IMG/VR virus record: IMGVR_UViG_3300028275_000006
Coordinates: 124,001 to 188,000 of that record
DNA: 64,000 nt
Reading direction: 5' to 3' (one strand)
Part shown: positions 51,568 to 61,920 of the stretch, one piece after another
How the letters are laid out: the number at the start of each line of letters is the position of its first letter
Numbering within the stretch: position 1 is the first letter of the stretch
Notes under the pieces: model-generated
Told to the model about the DNA's origin: nothing
Seen by the model: the letters and a program-made list of their open reading frames with translations, nothing else
Database searches by the model: none
Program-made: the position numbers and the translations under genes

Positions 51568-53229
51568 ATGCCTTTACTAAATTTACCTAGCCCACCAGAT
51601 GGGTTTGATTTTGCTACTAATGGATTTGGTCAACAAACCGGTACATTAATCAAATCTGCGGCTAGTATAGTTAATGATGCGGCAAAGAAGATAGCCAGTT
51701 CATTTCCTAAGCCTCCTGCAGATGCAGGCACATTTACTCCCCCGGCAGATTCTAATGGTCCTAGTTTAAATGCTACTATAGATGCTATTAAAAATGGATC
51801 TATTAATAAAAGTATTACCGCTTCGATTAATAAAATCGGCGACGTTGCTGGATCATTGCCTTCTGATGTCAGCGAAGGACTTGCTTCTGCACAGGCCGCA
51901 GTAGCCGCAAAGATGGCCGCGGCGCAGGCGCAACTTCCTAAATTAATGGCAGTAGCACAGGCTAATATGGATCTAACAACTAAGAAAGCATTAGCAGCCG
52001 GTGCACCACCAACTGAAGAACAACTAAAAGCCGCCAGCGGTGCATTGGCTATATTTCAAGATGGACCTGCCGCTCTAAAAGCACAGGCAGAGGCTGTTAG
52101 TAAAACTGTAGCACAGGCAGGAGCAGACTTTGGTGCAAAACTTCCTGCGGCATTAAACACCGCATCTAATTTTGCTAAGGCAGGTTTAGATAAAGTATCA
52201 AGTCTTGCCACCGGCGCAGGCGCATCAATTACTTCGTTTGCTAATAGTGTACCTCCGCAGACTATCCCGGATCCACAGAATCCCAGTGGTCCTCCTATTA
52301 CTAATCCGGCATATACTACATTTGCCGCTAATCCTGATAATGCCAGTAAGTTAAGTAGTCTAGCAAATTTAAAAACTGCTATGACTACTGCGGGTGCTGG
52401 TCTTACTGCGGCATTTGGTGCAATCGAAACTAAAGCCAATACGGCTGTTAGTGCAGGTGTTGCAGATTTAAAGGCATTTGCATTTGCTAATCAATTGGCT
52501 CAACCTGCAGGTGGCATTATGGCCACGGCCAGGGCCGCTACGATTGATGCTAGTCAAGTTAGTGCCGCACAAATTAATAAAGTTGTTGCACAGGCCGCTG
52601 CCAGCAATCCAGCACAACCGCCTAAGTCTCCAGAGTCTGAGATTAAAGAAACAAAAATTAAAGAACCTGAAACTACTACTACAACTACACCTAAAACAGG
52701 AATCTTTGGCAAAGATCCTAATGAAAAAATTTCAGAGGCATTTGTTGAAGCCTATGCAATAAAATGGAGACAAATTAGGACTTACTTCGAGACTATTACT
52801 GCCAAAGATAATTTTGAAAAAAATCTTAATGCTTGGTACCCTGGATATGTTGCTATACGAGATAAAGGAAGACAAGTAGTAAAAGACAAACCAGATCCTG
52901 CTACTAGAACAGCCGAAGAAACGTATTACTCAGATAAGCGTGATAAACTTAACGCAAACTTCCAAGAATATTCTGTTTTTTGGAAAGGTGCTAGTCGTAC
53001 TCAAGCTCAAACTAATGAGAGAGCACGTCAGTGGCAATTGCTTAAAAAGTTATTTGACGAAAATAAAACATACGGCGAAGCACCGTTGAGTATTGAAACT
53101 GCTATTAAAACATCGGCTGTATTATCCGATGAAGAGGAAGCAAAATATTTTAAAACGTATGCGGATTTGATAAAGGCAAAGCCTGAAGCGGCCTTGCCTA
53201 GTAGTTTAGATCAACCGTTTTCAGCGTAA
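51568..53229 (+). CDS. Ala-rich hypothetical protein, likely virion-associated
   Basis: 553 aa, co-transcribed with PAAR. Confidence 0.7.
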   Translation: MPLLNLPSPPDGFDFATNGFGQQTGTLIKSAASIVNDAAKKIASSFPKPPADAGTFTPPADSNGPSLNATIDAIKNGSINKSITASINKIGDVAGSLPSDVSEGLASAQAAVAAKMAAAQAQLPKLMAVAQANMDLTTKKALAAGAPPTEEQLKAASGALAIFQDGPAALKAQAEAVSKTVAQAGADFGAKLPAALNTASNFAKAGLDKVSSLATGAGASITSFANSVPPQTIPDPQNPSGPPITNPAYTTFAANPDNASKLSSLANLKTAMTTAGAGLTAAFGAIETKANTAVSAGVADLKAFAFANQLAQPAGGIMATARAATIDASQVSAAQINKVVAQAAASNPAQPPKSPESEIKETKIKEPETTTTTTPKTGIFGKDPNEKISEAFVEAYAIKWRQIRTYFETITAKDNFEKNLNAWYPGYVAIRDKGRQVVKDKPDPATRTAEETYYSDKRDKLNANFQEYSVFWKGASRTQAQTNERARQWQLLKKLFDENKTYGEAPLSIETAIKTSAVLSDEEEAKYFKTYADLIKAKPEAALPSSLDQPFSA

Positions 53230-53523
53230 TTAAGACGCTAACGTGATCCCAGTTGTTGTTTGAATGAACTGATCTGCAAACTGTTTGTCTGTTGCTTCTG
53301 CTACAGTTACAGTAGTCTTAAGTAGTTTAACTTCTTTGTCGGGACTTACTGTAAACAAATACGGCATAAGTCCTGGTCCTTTTGCACCCATACCAATAAC
53401 CATTGGCTTACTCAACTTATAGTAAGTTGCTGTTTCCTCTGTAAGTTTGGCTACTAATTCTTCTCCTGAAGTTAGTTTAAGTGTAATTACTTCGCCTACT
53501 GATACGCCTTTGTCAATTAACAT
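53230..53523 (-). CDS. conserved phage protein, Sm-like fold candidate
   Basis: ITLKLTSGEELVAK pattern. Confidence 0.65.
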   Translation of the reverse strand: MLIDKGVSVGEVITLKLTSGEELVAKLTEETATYYKLSKPMVIGMGAKGPGLMPYLFTVSPDKEVKLLKTTVTVAEATDKQFADQFIQTTTGITLAS

Positions 53524-53524
53524 A

Positions 53525-53767
53525 TTATCCCTTTAATGTTTCAAAAAATGCTTCGTCTTTACCTGCTAGGCCCTGATAGCCACCAGGAAGGAGAACGCCA
53601 TCCTTAAAAATTTGTGGAACACTACGCAAGCCTTGATCCATAAGGAACTCACGTGCATCTGGTTCATCTTCCATCATAATTGTTTTAAATGGAATACCTT
53701 TGCTTTCTAACAATGCTTTTGCTCTGTCACAAAACGGACAGTTTTGTTTTGAATATACTGTAATCAT
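53525..53767 (-). CDS. glutaredoxin/NrdH
   Basis: CPFC, SVPQIF; next to nrdB. Confidence 0.92.
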   Translation of the reverse strand: MITVYSKQNCPFCDRAKALLESKGIPFKTIMMEDEPDAREFLMDQGLRSVPQIFKDGVLLPGGYQGLAGKDEAFFETLKG

Positions 53768-53776
53768 ACTTCTCTC

Positions 53777-54877
53777 TTATAAATTTGGTAATGCGTCATA
53801 ATCGATTGCATCGCTCATAACGCCAATAACGTAGTTAGTGCTTTCATTCTCTTGTAGAGCAGTTTGTTTTTTACTAGTATCGCTGTGCTTGTTAAACCAA
53901 GGAATAGGAGTTGTCTTAGGTGCAGGGTTAGTGTACTTAATGCCAATCTCCTTGAGTGCGTTATATGCGGTGTAATCTACAAAGTCTTTAAGAATGTTAG
54001 CGTTTAATCCAATCACTGGTCCTTTTTGGAACAAGTAGTCGGCCCATGCTTTTTCTTCACGTATTACATCCATATATAGCGCCAAGACTTCTGCTTCACA
54101 CTCTGTCTTGATTCGAGCAAAGCGTGGATCTTCTTTGACTACTTGATTGATCAAATAGGCAGTCCAACCTTTGTGTAGTAATTCATCTTGTAGAATTAAA
54201 CTGATAATGTTGCCATTACCAATAAAGATTTTATTTTCTACCATTGCTAGACTTGTAGCAAACGATACCATAAAGCGGAATGCTTCTAAGGCATAACTTG
54301 CGTTCAACGCTAACCAAATTGACTTGACGTGTTCTACTTCGGAAATTTCTTCGCCTAGTTCTTTGCGGCAGTTAATTAAGTGTAGGTCGTCATAATACTT
54401 GCCTACACTACTAGCCATGTCTACAATCTCTTTAGTGTCGTGGATAGTATTGAATACTTCTTTAGGCACATTATAGATGTTACGGATGATATGACTGTAA
54501 CTACGACTATGAATATTTGTTTCAAAGAATGTCCAGTTGTAAACCAGTGCTTCTAGTTCTGGCAGACTTACGACCGGAGTAAAGATTTGACTTGGGCCAC
54601 GGCCTTGTAAACTATCTAACGCTGTTTGACGCAACAAGTTAGATGTAAAGATATGTTTTACGGCATCGCTGGCATCTTTAAAGTCCTGTGCGTCCTTAGT
54701 TAAACTAATTTCTTCAGGTACCCAAAAGAAGCCGCGAGCAGTAGTTTCGAAATTTTGAATTTTAGGATACTTTACTTCCTCAAATCTTTGAATAGTAACA
54801 GGACCCTGTGGGTCCAAGAACATCTTACGATTAAGATAGTCTGTCTTTGTGTTTAAATTGTATTGCGCTTTACTCAT
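53777..54877 (-). CDS. nrdB: ribonucleotide reductase class Ia beta subunit
   Basis: FWVPEEI, LDSLQGR, ETNIHSRSY, LEAFRF, DELLH, C-terminal Y. Confidence 0.95.
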   Translation of the reverse strand: MSKAQYNLNTKTDYLNRKMFLDPQGPVTIQRFEEVKYPKIQNFETTARGFFWVPEEISLTKDAQDFKDASDAVKHIFTSNLLRQTALDSLQGRGPSQIFTPVVSLPELEALVYNWTFFETNIHSRSYSHIIRNIYNVPKEVFNTIHDTKEIVDMASSVGKYYDDLHLINCRKELGEEISEVEHVKSIWLALNASYALEAFRFMVSFATSLAMVENKIFIGNGNIISLILQDELLHKGWTAYLINQVVKEDPRFARIKTECEAEVLALYMDVIREEKAWADYLFQKGPVIGLNANILKDFVDYTAYNALKEIGIKYTNPAPKTTPIPWFNKHSDTSKKQTALQENESTNYVIGVMSDAIDYDALPNL

Positions 54878-55047
54878 TTTGTTTCCAATGTTATTTGTCC
54901 GTCTACGATTGTTACACGTTTAACTGGACGGCCATCGACGTACACAGGAACTTCAGTAAAGTTTTTCTTAATATTCGTAGCATCGGCCTTGTGTGCCAAC
55001 TGTTGCCACGCTTTAAATATTTCTTGATGTATGTCGTAAGCGTCCAT
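54874..55047 (-). CDS. 57-aa hypothetical protein between nrdA and nrdB
   Basis: MDAYDIHQEIFKAW..., overlaps both neighbours by start/stop coupling. Confidence 0.6.
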   Translation of the reverse strand: MDAYDIHQEIFKAWQQLAHKADATNIKKNFTEVPVYVDGRPVKRVTIVDGQITLETK

Positions 55048-57374
55048 TATAATTTACATGCCTCACAATCGTCTTCTAAATCTACTTCTACATAATTCTG
55101 TGCTACAGTTTGTACTAGTTCTTCTTCTTTGGCTTTACTACCTGCCTTGTTGATTAGGCTATAATAGAAAGTTTTTAGTCCCCAGTAGTGTGCCTGCATC
55201 AAGTTCTTAGCAATCAATGTAGTTGGCACTTTACGATCCGCAAAGTGTGCTGGATTGTAGAATGTGTTTGTACTAATTGACTGGTCAACATAGGCCGCAA
55301 GTACAGCCGCAGTCTTTAAGTAACCATCGCAGTCTTTCTGTTCCCACATCATTTGATATTTGTTCTTGAGTTTATGATACTCGGGGACAACTTGTACAAA
55401 GGAACCTGCTTTGCTTTCCTTAACTGAAATAAGCGACATAGGCATTTCAATGCCATTAGTGCTGTTAATGACAACACTAGAACTTTCAACAGGGGCAATG
55501 GCCATAAGTGTAGCATTTCTAACTCCGTGTTCTAACATCTCGCCACGCAAAGTTTCCCAATCAAGTTCCGGAGTAAAGTCTGCTAGTTCATTAACACCTT
55601 TAGCACGTAACTCCCAAGGAAACTCTCCCTGACCGTATCGTGTATGTGCGCTATGCAGACAAGGTCCACGTTCTTTGGCCAATTCAACTGTGGCTTCTGT
55701 TAGGTAGTAGGCTTGATGCTCCATCCATGTCTTGACATCTTGTAGTGCATCTTTTTCGCCATACTTGAGTCCACGCTTGGCGTGCCAGTATGCTAAGTTA
55801 GTAACGCCAATACCCAATGGTTGGATTTCGTCGTTGCTTAGTTTACTTTGAATACTTAGGAAGTCTTGGTAGTCCAGTATGTTGCATAGACTACGCTGAA
55901 GGATGCGGCAAGCTCTACGCATATCCTCAGGATTGCGGAATGCTCCCCAATTAATGGAGCCCAGAGTACAGAGAGCGATACGACCAGCATCGTCATCGAG
56001 ACGCTTAAATGGCTTAGTAGGTAATAGTATTTCACAGCACAAATTACTTTGATAGATTGTATGATACTCAGGATCAAATGGACCTTGGTTCATTACGTTG
56101 TCTACAAACACAAGATAGATACGTCCTGTGTCTGTACGTTCTTTTAGAATACCGCCTTTAAAAACTTCTTCTGCTGAAATTACTTTCTTGCGAAGATCTT
56201 TTTGCTTTTCATATTTGACATATAATTCTTCAAATAGTTTAGTATCCTGATAAAATGCTTCGTACAAATCTGGTACTTCATTAGGATCAAAGAATGTTAT
56301 GTTTTCTTTGTTCTTGAATCGGCGCCAAAAGAACGCTGAGAGGACGACTCCGTAGTCCATGTGGCGGACTCTTGTCTCCTCAGTTCCTTGATTATTCTTG
56401 AGAACAATAAGATCATCGAACTGATGATGCCAAATAGGATAAAACACAGTAGCACTTGCATTACGAATGCCTCCTTGACTGCAACTCCTTAAATCACCGA
56501 ACCACTTCTTCAAGAAGGGGATCATGCCAGTGTGCATGATTTCTCCACCACGGATCGGGGAGCCCAATGGGCGTAGTCGACCGATTTCCAATCCAATCCC
56601 CGCTCTCTTACTGGCGTACTTAGCCATCATCTCTCCAGAAGCAAATATGCTATCCAGATCGTCGTCACTGCGGATAAGAACACAACTAGAAAACTGCTTA
56701 GTTGGAGTGCCAAGCCCTGCCAACACAGGTGTAGCAAGAGTAAACAAACCATCGGATGCTGCCGCATAGTATTCTTTAATGTAACGCATTCTTGCACTAT
56801 TCGGTTCTTCCTTATGGAAGACTGTAGCCGCGGCCACCATATATCTAACCTGTGGAGTTTCATAAATTTCCTTTGTCGCACGATTGCGTACCAAATACTT
56901 CTCTATTAACTGCTCAATAGCCGCATAACTATACTCTTCATCTTTAGAATGGTCTAACATATCATCCATTCTATTCCAATCATCTTCGCTATACCAATTC
57001 ATTAGTTCTGGTGTGTATAGTCCGACTTCAATATTTTTCTTTACGATCTCGTAGAGGCGAGGAGGCTCGTATTCGCCATATACATCCTTACGTAGCATAC
57101 TCAAGCGTTGCTTGCCTGCTACATATTGATAATTTACATGACCTACATCTGGATTATGTTCAACGTCAATTAAATCTACAATCGCTCGTAGTGTAATTTC
57201 ATCGATTTCTTGAGTAGTAATGCCATCATAGAAATGAGGCTGTGCTTTAATTTCAATCATCGACTGACTTACGTCTGCAATACCAGCACATACTTTCGCT
57301 ACCTGTGCCTGCCACTTTTCAATCGTTAATTTCTCTCTGTTACCGTTTCTTTTTATTACTGTTATATTTGTCAT
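55047..57374 (-). CDS. nrdA: ribonucleotide reductase class Ia alpha subunit
   Basis: ATP cone VIKRNG, SSCV, QSNLCCEI, YY, C-terminal CEAC. Confidence 0.97.
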   Translation of the reverse strand: MTNITVIKRNGNREKLTIEKWQAQVAKVCAGIADVSQSMIEIKAQPHFYDGITTQEIDEITLRAIVDLIDVEHNPDVGHVNYQYVAGKQRLSMLRKDVYGEYEPPRLYEIVKKNIEVGLYTPELMNWYSEDDWNRMDDMLDHSKDEEYSYAAIEQLIEKYLVRNRATKEIYETPQVRYMVAAATVFHKEEPNSARMRYIKEYYAAASDGLFTLATPVLAGLGTPTKQFSSCVLIRSDDDLDSIFASGEMMAKYASKRAGIGLEIGRLRPLGSPIRGGEIMHTGMIPFLKKWFGDLRSCSQGGIRNASATVFYPIWHHQFDDLIVLKNNQGTEETRVRHMDYGVVLSAFFWRRFKNKENITFFDPNEVPDLYEAFYQDTKLFEELYVKYEKQKDLRKKVISAEEVFKGGILKERTDTGRIYLVFVDNVMNQGPFDPEYHTIYQSNLCCEILLPTKPFKRLDDDAGRIALCTLGSINWGAFRNPEDMRRACRILQRSLCNILDYQDFLSIQSKLSNDEIQPLGIGVTNLAYWHAKRGLKYGEKDALQDVKTWMEHQAYYLTEATVELAKERGPCLHSAHTRYGQGEFPWELRAKGVNELADFTPELDWETLRGEMLEHGVRNATLMAIAPVESSSVVINSTNGIEMPMSLISVKESKAGSFVQVVPEYHKLKNKYQMMWEQKDCDGYLKTAAVLAAYVDQSISTNTFYNPAHFADRKVPTTLIAKNLMQAHYWGLKTFYYSLINKAGSKAKEEELVQTVAQNYVEVDLEDDCEACKL

Positions 57375-57411
57375 TTACGCCTCGATTGCAAAGTATGATA
57401 TTTAGTACTGT

Positions 57412-57837
57412 TCAAAACTGTTCGGACAATACATGAGTTTTTTCTATATGTATGTTCTTTGGAATGTCTTTAATATGCACACTTTTTTCTTGGTCTAGTC
57501 CTATTACACGGTCGCCCGCAATTAACATATAATATAACTTGGACTGTTCTTTGTCAAGGCCAACTTGAATCTCATAATGCCAATCTTTAAATTTTTCAGT
57601 TAGCATTAATGTATATCCAATTGCCAGTGTTGCGGTGTACTCGCAATAGACATTCTCCTCAATCATCTCCCATGGATCTGGCCATGTTGTTTGGTCATAA
57701 GGATCGATGTTACGCACAGATTTTGGAATTGTGTTCCAAAAGTCTATGGCTGTTTGAATTGGATCAGTGTCAGAGGTTAATTGGTCTCTGAGACCTCTCC
57801 AGGCGGCTAGGCGATCTTCGAATCGTTTGAGAACCAT
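57412..57837 (-). CDS. hypothetical protein
   Basis: WPDPWEMI...YCE motif; TAAATA-region gene. Confidence 0.7.
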   Translation of the reverse strand: MVLKRFEDRLAAWRGLRDQLTSDTDPIQTAIDFWNTIPKSVRNIDPYDQTTWPDPWEMIEENVYCEYTATLAIGYTLMLTEKFKDWHYEIQVGLDKEQSKLYYMLIAGDRVIGLDQEKSVHIKDIPKNIHIEKTHVLSEQF

Positions 57838-57840
57838 GTA

Positions 57841-59469
57841 TTAACTAATTGTTTCGTACCAATAGTTAATATAACCATCCTCAGAGACTGCTGTATTTGT
57901 ATATCTAACAAACACAGTTGGATCATTGGTAAATGTTCCTGCGTTTTCTAAAGTTGCTGAAAAACTTAGGTCTTCAATGTTTGAAGAATTACCAATGGTA
58001 CTACAGTCGTCTGTAAGGTGTACTAGATCATTTTCTCTATCTACATTAACAAAAATAGTTCCTTGTCTTGTAACGGCCTGTGCAGGGCTTGTATAGAAAT
58101 AATGAATGATGTGAGAAGTGCTGGTATTAGCAGGCAGTTTAATAAACGGACTACCAGTTGCACCCGAGTCGATATAAATTTCGTTGTTGTATTTGTGTTC
58201 CGATTTTACTATGCCTTTTACTTCTGGAATATAAGGAATAGAATTCAAGTATGTTGGATTAGAAGTTAATTCGATACTTCTTTCAAAGTAATCGTTAGTA
58301 GAAACGTTACCGCCTGAAACAAAATTAACTACTTCATAGGTTGCAGTTTCTTCAGTACCGCCGTCATTACCAACTTGTACATAGGTATTGCTTTCAGATA
58401 CGTTGCCTGTACCTGCAATAATTTCGTATCCAGTTTCTGTAATTCTAGAAAAACGTGAATGTGTAACTTTGTTTTCGTGCGGACCATACTGACGTCCACT
58501 GGCTAATGAATCTACGTTGTGGCCAAATCTAATTCCTCTACGTAGTTCATAGAATGTACTGTTGGTAAAATGATTAGATTCGATGTCGTATGTACTGTCG
58601 ATACCATAAGCAAAGTTTGTAATGTCAACATTGTCAAACAAATTACCAGTACAAGATACGCTGGCTGATTTTGCCACTAATCTTAATCCAACGCTGTCTG
58701 CATTTAAGGCTGTACTTGGGTATGCCCATACACCTTTAATCTTTAGATTACTAAATGTAGAATTTTTAGCGGCTATTAATTCTAAGCCAGGCTTATTTGC
58801 CACAGTATTTTCTAAGGTCATGTCGGACATGCCTATTAACTGTGGTTGATTTAAACTGGTCATAGTAGATGTGTCTGTATAGACACCTGGAGTACTGTCG
58901 CTACCAACTGTATATGCTACTGCAAATGCACCTGTCTGGCGAATCACTGTTTTATCTTTGCCAGCACCTTGTAAGTTTGCATAAGGAGGAATACGTAGTG
59001 GAGAAGTAATTTTATAGATACCTGCTTCAAACACTAATTTAATTCTGCTGGCTGTAGATCCTTTGGTAGCATCGTTTAGATATAATTGATCAATAGCACG
59101 TTGAATGGCTAATGTATCGTCTGTAGTACCATTTCCCACAGCACCAAATGCTCTAACAGAAACTACATCATCAAGACGTTCTTGAACAGTACGTTGTATC
59201 GGTTGCGCGGCGCTTGGACCTGTTTGGATTGTGGCATCATTTCTCTTGTACTGATATTGTAATGCTAGGTCAAGAATGTTGTCGTGTTCTGTAATAATTT
59301 TAGTGTTGCCCACATACGGAGCACCTTCACTAACACTACCATTACCTATGAACAATTCTTGCGTGTCAATTGCCCAACCAATTTCTCCGCTGGCTAACTG
59401 CGGTAAACTAGTACCTGAATTTTTACGTCCTCTTCGATGCTGAATTTTTGATATTTGCACTACAGCCAT
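57841..59469 (-). CDS. tail fibre/spike with beta-helix (pectate lyase 3-like) domain
   Basis: N-terminal QHRRG..LPQLASGEIGW; VSVRAFGAVGNGTTDDT. Confidence 0.8.
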   Translation of the reverse strand: MAVVQISKIQHRRGRKNSGTSLPQLASGEIGWAIDTQELFIGNGSVSEGAPYVGNTKIITEHDNILDLALQYQYKRNDATIQTGPSAAQPIQRTVQERLDDVVSVRAFGAVGNGTTDDTLAIQRAIDQLYLNDATKGSTASRIKLVFEAGIYKITSPLRIPPYANLQGAGKDKTVIRQTGAFAVAYTVGSDSTPGVYTDTSTMTSLNQPQLIGMSDMTLENTVANKPGLELIAAKNSTFSNLKIKGVWAYPSTALNADSVGLRLVAKSASVSCTGNLFDNVDITNFAYGIDSTYDIESNHFTNSTFYELRRGIRFGHNVDSLASGRQYGPHENKVTHSRFSRITETGYEIIAGTGNVSESNTYVQVGNDGGTEETATYEVVNFVSGGNVSTNDYFERSIELTSNPTYLNSIPYIPEVKGIVKSEHKYNNEIYIDSGATGSPFIKLPANTSTSHIIHYFYTSPAQAVTRQGTIFVNVDRENDLVHLTDDCSTIGNSSNIEDLSFSATLENAGTFTNDPTVFVRYTNTAVSEDGYINYWYETIS

Positions 59470-59502
59470 AATCTACACTCCGTTATGACTGTATTTATGT
59501 GT

Positions 59503-60195
59503 TTAGGGTAGTCTATAATATTGTGCCACCCTGTCACACCAGCGATTTGTCCAGTAGTCAAAATCTGAAGGTTCTAATATAAACTCTTGATATTCGTAGT
59601 CTTTGCTACACATTAAAATAACACCCTTGCGTATATTAGTGCCGTGTATTTCGTTGTGTGCTAGAGCGTAGGCTGTTAACTGTAAAAAGTAATCCTCGAT
59701 CCACTCAAGTTTCTTGGGTTTGTTAGTCTGCTTAAAGTCTAGGATACTTTCGTCGCCTTCGTGTATGCCTACACAGTCTGTGGTTCCTGCATATAATTCT
59801 GGGAAATACAAAGGAACTTCACTGCCCCATACTTCCTTAATTTTAGGGAATCCTTGTGCAATAACAATCTTAGCCATGTCCAGGCTTTGTTGTGCATAAG
59901 GGTTACTCACACTTTCTTTTAGTGGCTCACCTTTAATGTAGTTTTCTAGGTATGTGTGCATCCTAGTTCCGCGACTGGCGGCTTCGGTGGTAATCTGTTG
60001 TGCTTTTTGTTCGCCAACAGCCTTTTTCCAATTAGCCAGTGCTTCACGGGCTTCTGCTGGTTTAGTTTTATCTAGGATTGTTGTTACACTGGGAACTTTA
60101 AACCCATCTGGGCAAGCATATAAACGCTTGCCAGTGGATTCATCTCTATTAAGTTTAGTGTAGGTATATTTTGGCTGTAATAATGTCGTAGTCAT
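59503..60195 (-). CDS. PD-(D/E)xK exonuclease (Cas4/lambda-exo-like)
   Basis: PSVTTIL, RGT.MH, YAGTTD, ILDFKQT, QLTAY. Confidence 0.85.
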   Translation of the reverse strand: MTTTLLQPKYTYTKLNRDESTGKRLYACPDGFKVPSVTTILDKTKPAEAREALANWKKAVGEQKAQQITTEAASRGTRMHTYLENYIKGEPLKESVSNPYAQQSLDMAKIVIAQGFPKIKEVWGSEVPLYFPELYAGTTDCVGIHEGDESILDFKQTNKPKKLEWIEDYFLQLTAYALAHNEIHGTNIRKGVILMCSKDYEYQEFILEPSDFDYWTNRWCDRVAQYYRLP

Positions 60196-60226
60196 GACGC
60201 AATTATAACATTATGTTTACAGCCTG

Positions 60227-60559
60227 TCAAGAGGCCATTGCTGTATTTGTTGCGTGTTTTGCCATTTGTGCAACAGCGTCACTGCCTGTGTCGCCGTCTA
60301 CTGGACCTTGTGGTGGTGTTTGATTTTTAGTCTTTAGTTCAATGCCGTTTTGATCAAATCGTGCTACTAATTTTTGTAGATTAGGATCTGCATCGAAGGT
60401 TAATTTAAATGTGTCGTAGTCGAATTCTTCTTGGCCAATGTTTGTCATGAAACGATTAATTTCGTCCCATCTAAAATTGCCTGGAATGTTTTTGCTATCG
60501 GCTTTACCGATCAAACTCCTAAGAATTAGGATTAGGTTTGGATCGGTTGCCTCAATTAC
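60227..60559 (-). CDS. -1 frame extension of 60556-61443 (no independent strong start)
   Basis: Frame open from the slippery site AAAAAAG; the track start is only a TTG. Confidence 0.7.
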   Translation of the reverse strand, partial: VIEATDPNLILILRSLIGKADSKNIPGNFRWDEINRFMTNIGQEEFDYDTFKLTFDADPNLQKLVARFDQNGIELKTKNQTPPQGPVDGDTGSDAVAQMAKHATNTAMAS

Positions 60560-61443
60560 TTTTTTTTTGGTGCTAGTAAACTTGCTAGTTTACGGCTAAA
60601 CTCGATTGATTCACGAGTAGCACGACCTGCGGGCTCTTCGCCACCTGCCGCTGGAGCAGCCGCTCCTGCTTCTTCTTCACCGCCAACTACTGTGCCTGAT
60701 TCAGCACCTGCTTCTGGTTCTTCTGCGCCTGCTTCTGGTGCTGGCTCTGCGCCCATTGTTGGAGCGGCTCCTTCACCTTCGCCTGTTAAGATAGCAACTG
60801 CTTGTGTTAGTTGCTGACGTGAACTTTCTAATGCTGTGTAGATAGTTGCAAGGGCTGGTTTAACAACTCCCTCGAACTCCATTGATGTATCACTGCCCAT
60901 TTCGTCTCTTATAGAGTCAATTAATTCTAACATTGATTCGGCCTGCATATTTGCTGTGTCTTCCATCCAGCCTGTAACGCGGTCAACCATGTCACGAGCG
61001 GCCATGATTAACTCGGCCTTTTCTTCTTCGCCTTCACGTAGTACAGATTCTACTTGTACTACGGCTTTGTTCTTATTAACTTTATTCTGTAATTCTTCTG
61101 GAAGATCTTCAAATGCGATAACACCTTGCTCTACTTTTTCTAATACCATGCTTTCCATTTCAGTATAGCCGCTGTCAGTAGTCATTTCGTTGCTACGCTC
61201 TTCGATAGCACGATTTAACACATCTAGGAACAGTTTGTTCTTAGAATATGTTTCGTCTTCGTAGACAGCATTGTAGCTCTCGCTGGCTTCAAACTGACTA
61301 ATCTTTGTACGTAACTTGTTACGTGCATCTTCTAACTGTTCAAGAGTGAAACTCTCTAAATCAATTTTCTGTCCAAATTGCTGGGCTACGCTTTCGTTTA
61401 ACGCCTTGGCAGTTAATGGTTTGTTAAGTTCTGTAATACGCAT
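60556..61443 (-). CDS. acidic late protein, prohead core/scaffold-like, ends at slippery site
   Basis: MRITEL start, TAAATA upstream, Glu/Ala/Pro-rich, ends CCA AAA AAA AAG TAA. Confidence 0.75.
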   Translation of the reverse strand: MRITELNKPLTAKALNESVAQQFGQKIDLESFTLEQLEDARNKLRTKISQFEASESYNAVYEDETYSKNKLFLDVLNRAIEERSNEMTTDSGYTEMESMVLEKVEQGVIAFEDLPEELQNKVNKNKAVVQVESVLREGEEEKAELIMAARDMVDRVTGWMEDTANMQAESMLELIDSIRDEMGSDTSMEFEGVVKPALATIYTALESSRQQLTQAVAILTGEGEGAAPTMGAEPAPEAGAEEPEAGAESGTVVGGEEEAGAAAPAAGGEEPAGRATRESIEFSRKLASLLAPKKK

Positions 61444-61476
61444 GGTTAAAATCTTCCTGTGAAGTTGTTTTATTAT

Positions 61477-61920
61477 TTATACAATCGACGAGTAGAACAG
61501 GTTGTCGATTCGAGCCTTGGCTGTCTTAGCATAATCCTTGACTAACTCAAATCTCCAGTAAGCACTTTCCCTAGTCACAGGGTCCTTTGCGTTCTGGGCT
61601 GTTTTTCTGTAAAACTGTGAATCTATATAGTTCTTTCTAAAAATCTCATCGTTGTTTTTAATATCATCGATGCTGTGTTTTTTGCCTTTTTCGTGCATTT
61701 TGCATATAGCAAAAGCACTTACTTTTAAAAATACTGTGGCCACGTGAATTTTGCGTTTGTCTGCTAAAATTACGTTCCAATTATCGTCTGTACCTTTTAC
61801 AATGATATACTTCTTGTATCGTATCTGACGTTTGTTTACTGCTACAAAGATGCCCTGCTTGACAACTATGTCATAGAGCATGGAATCTAAATCTGCGGCG
61901 GCTTGTTTAATATCAAACAT
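61477..61920 (-). CDS. hypothetical protein
   Basis: 147 aa coupled ORF. Confidence 0.7.
   Translation of the reverse strand: MFDIKQAAADLDSMLYDIVVKQGIFVAVNKRQIRYKKYIIVKGTDDNWNVILADKRKIHVATVFLKVSAFAICKMHEKGKKHSIDDIKNNDEIFRKNYIDSQFYRKTAQNAKDPVTRESAYWRFELVKDYAKTAKARIDNLFYSSIV

Noticed and set aside
53777-57374. Intein or intron in nrdA/nrdB
   Set aside because: Both are normal length and uninterrupted; the 57-aa spacer ORF has no homing-endonuclease motif.
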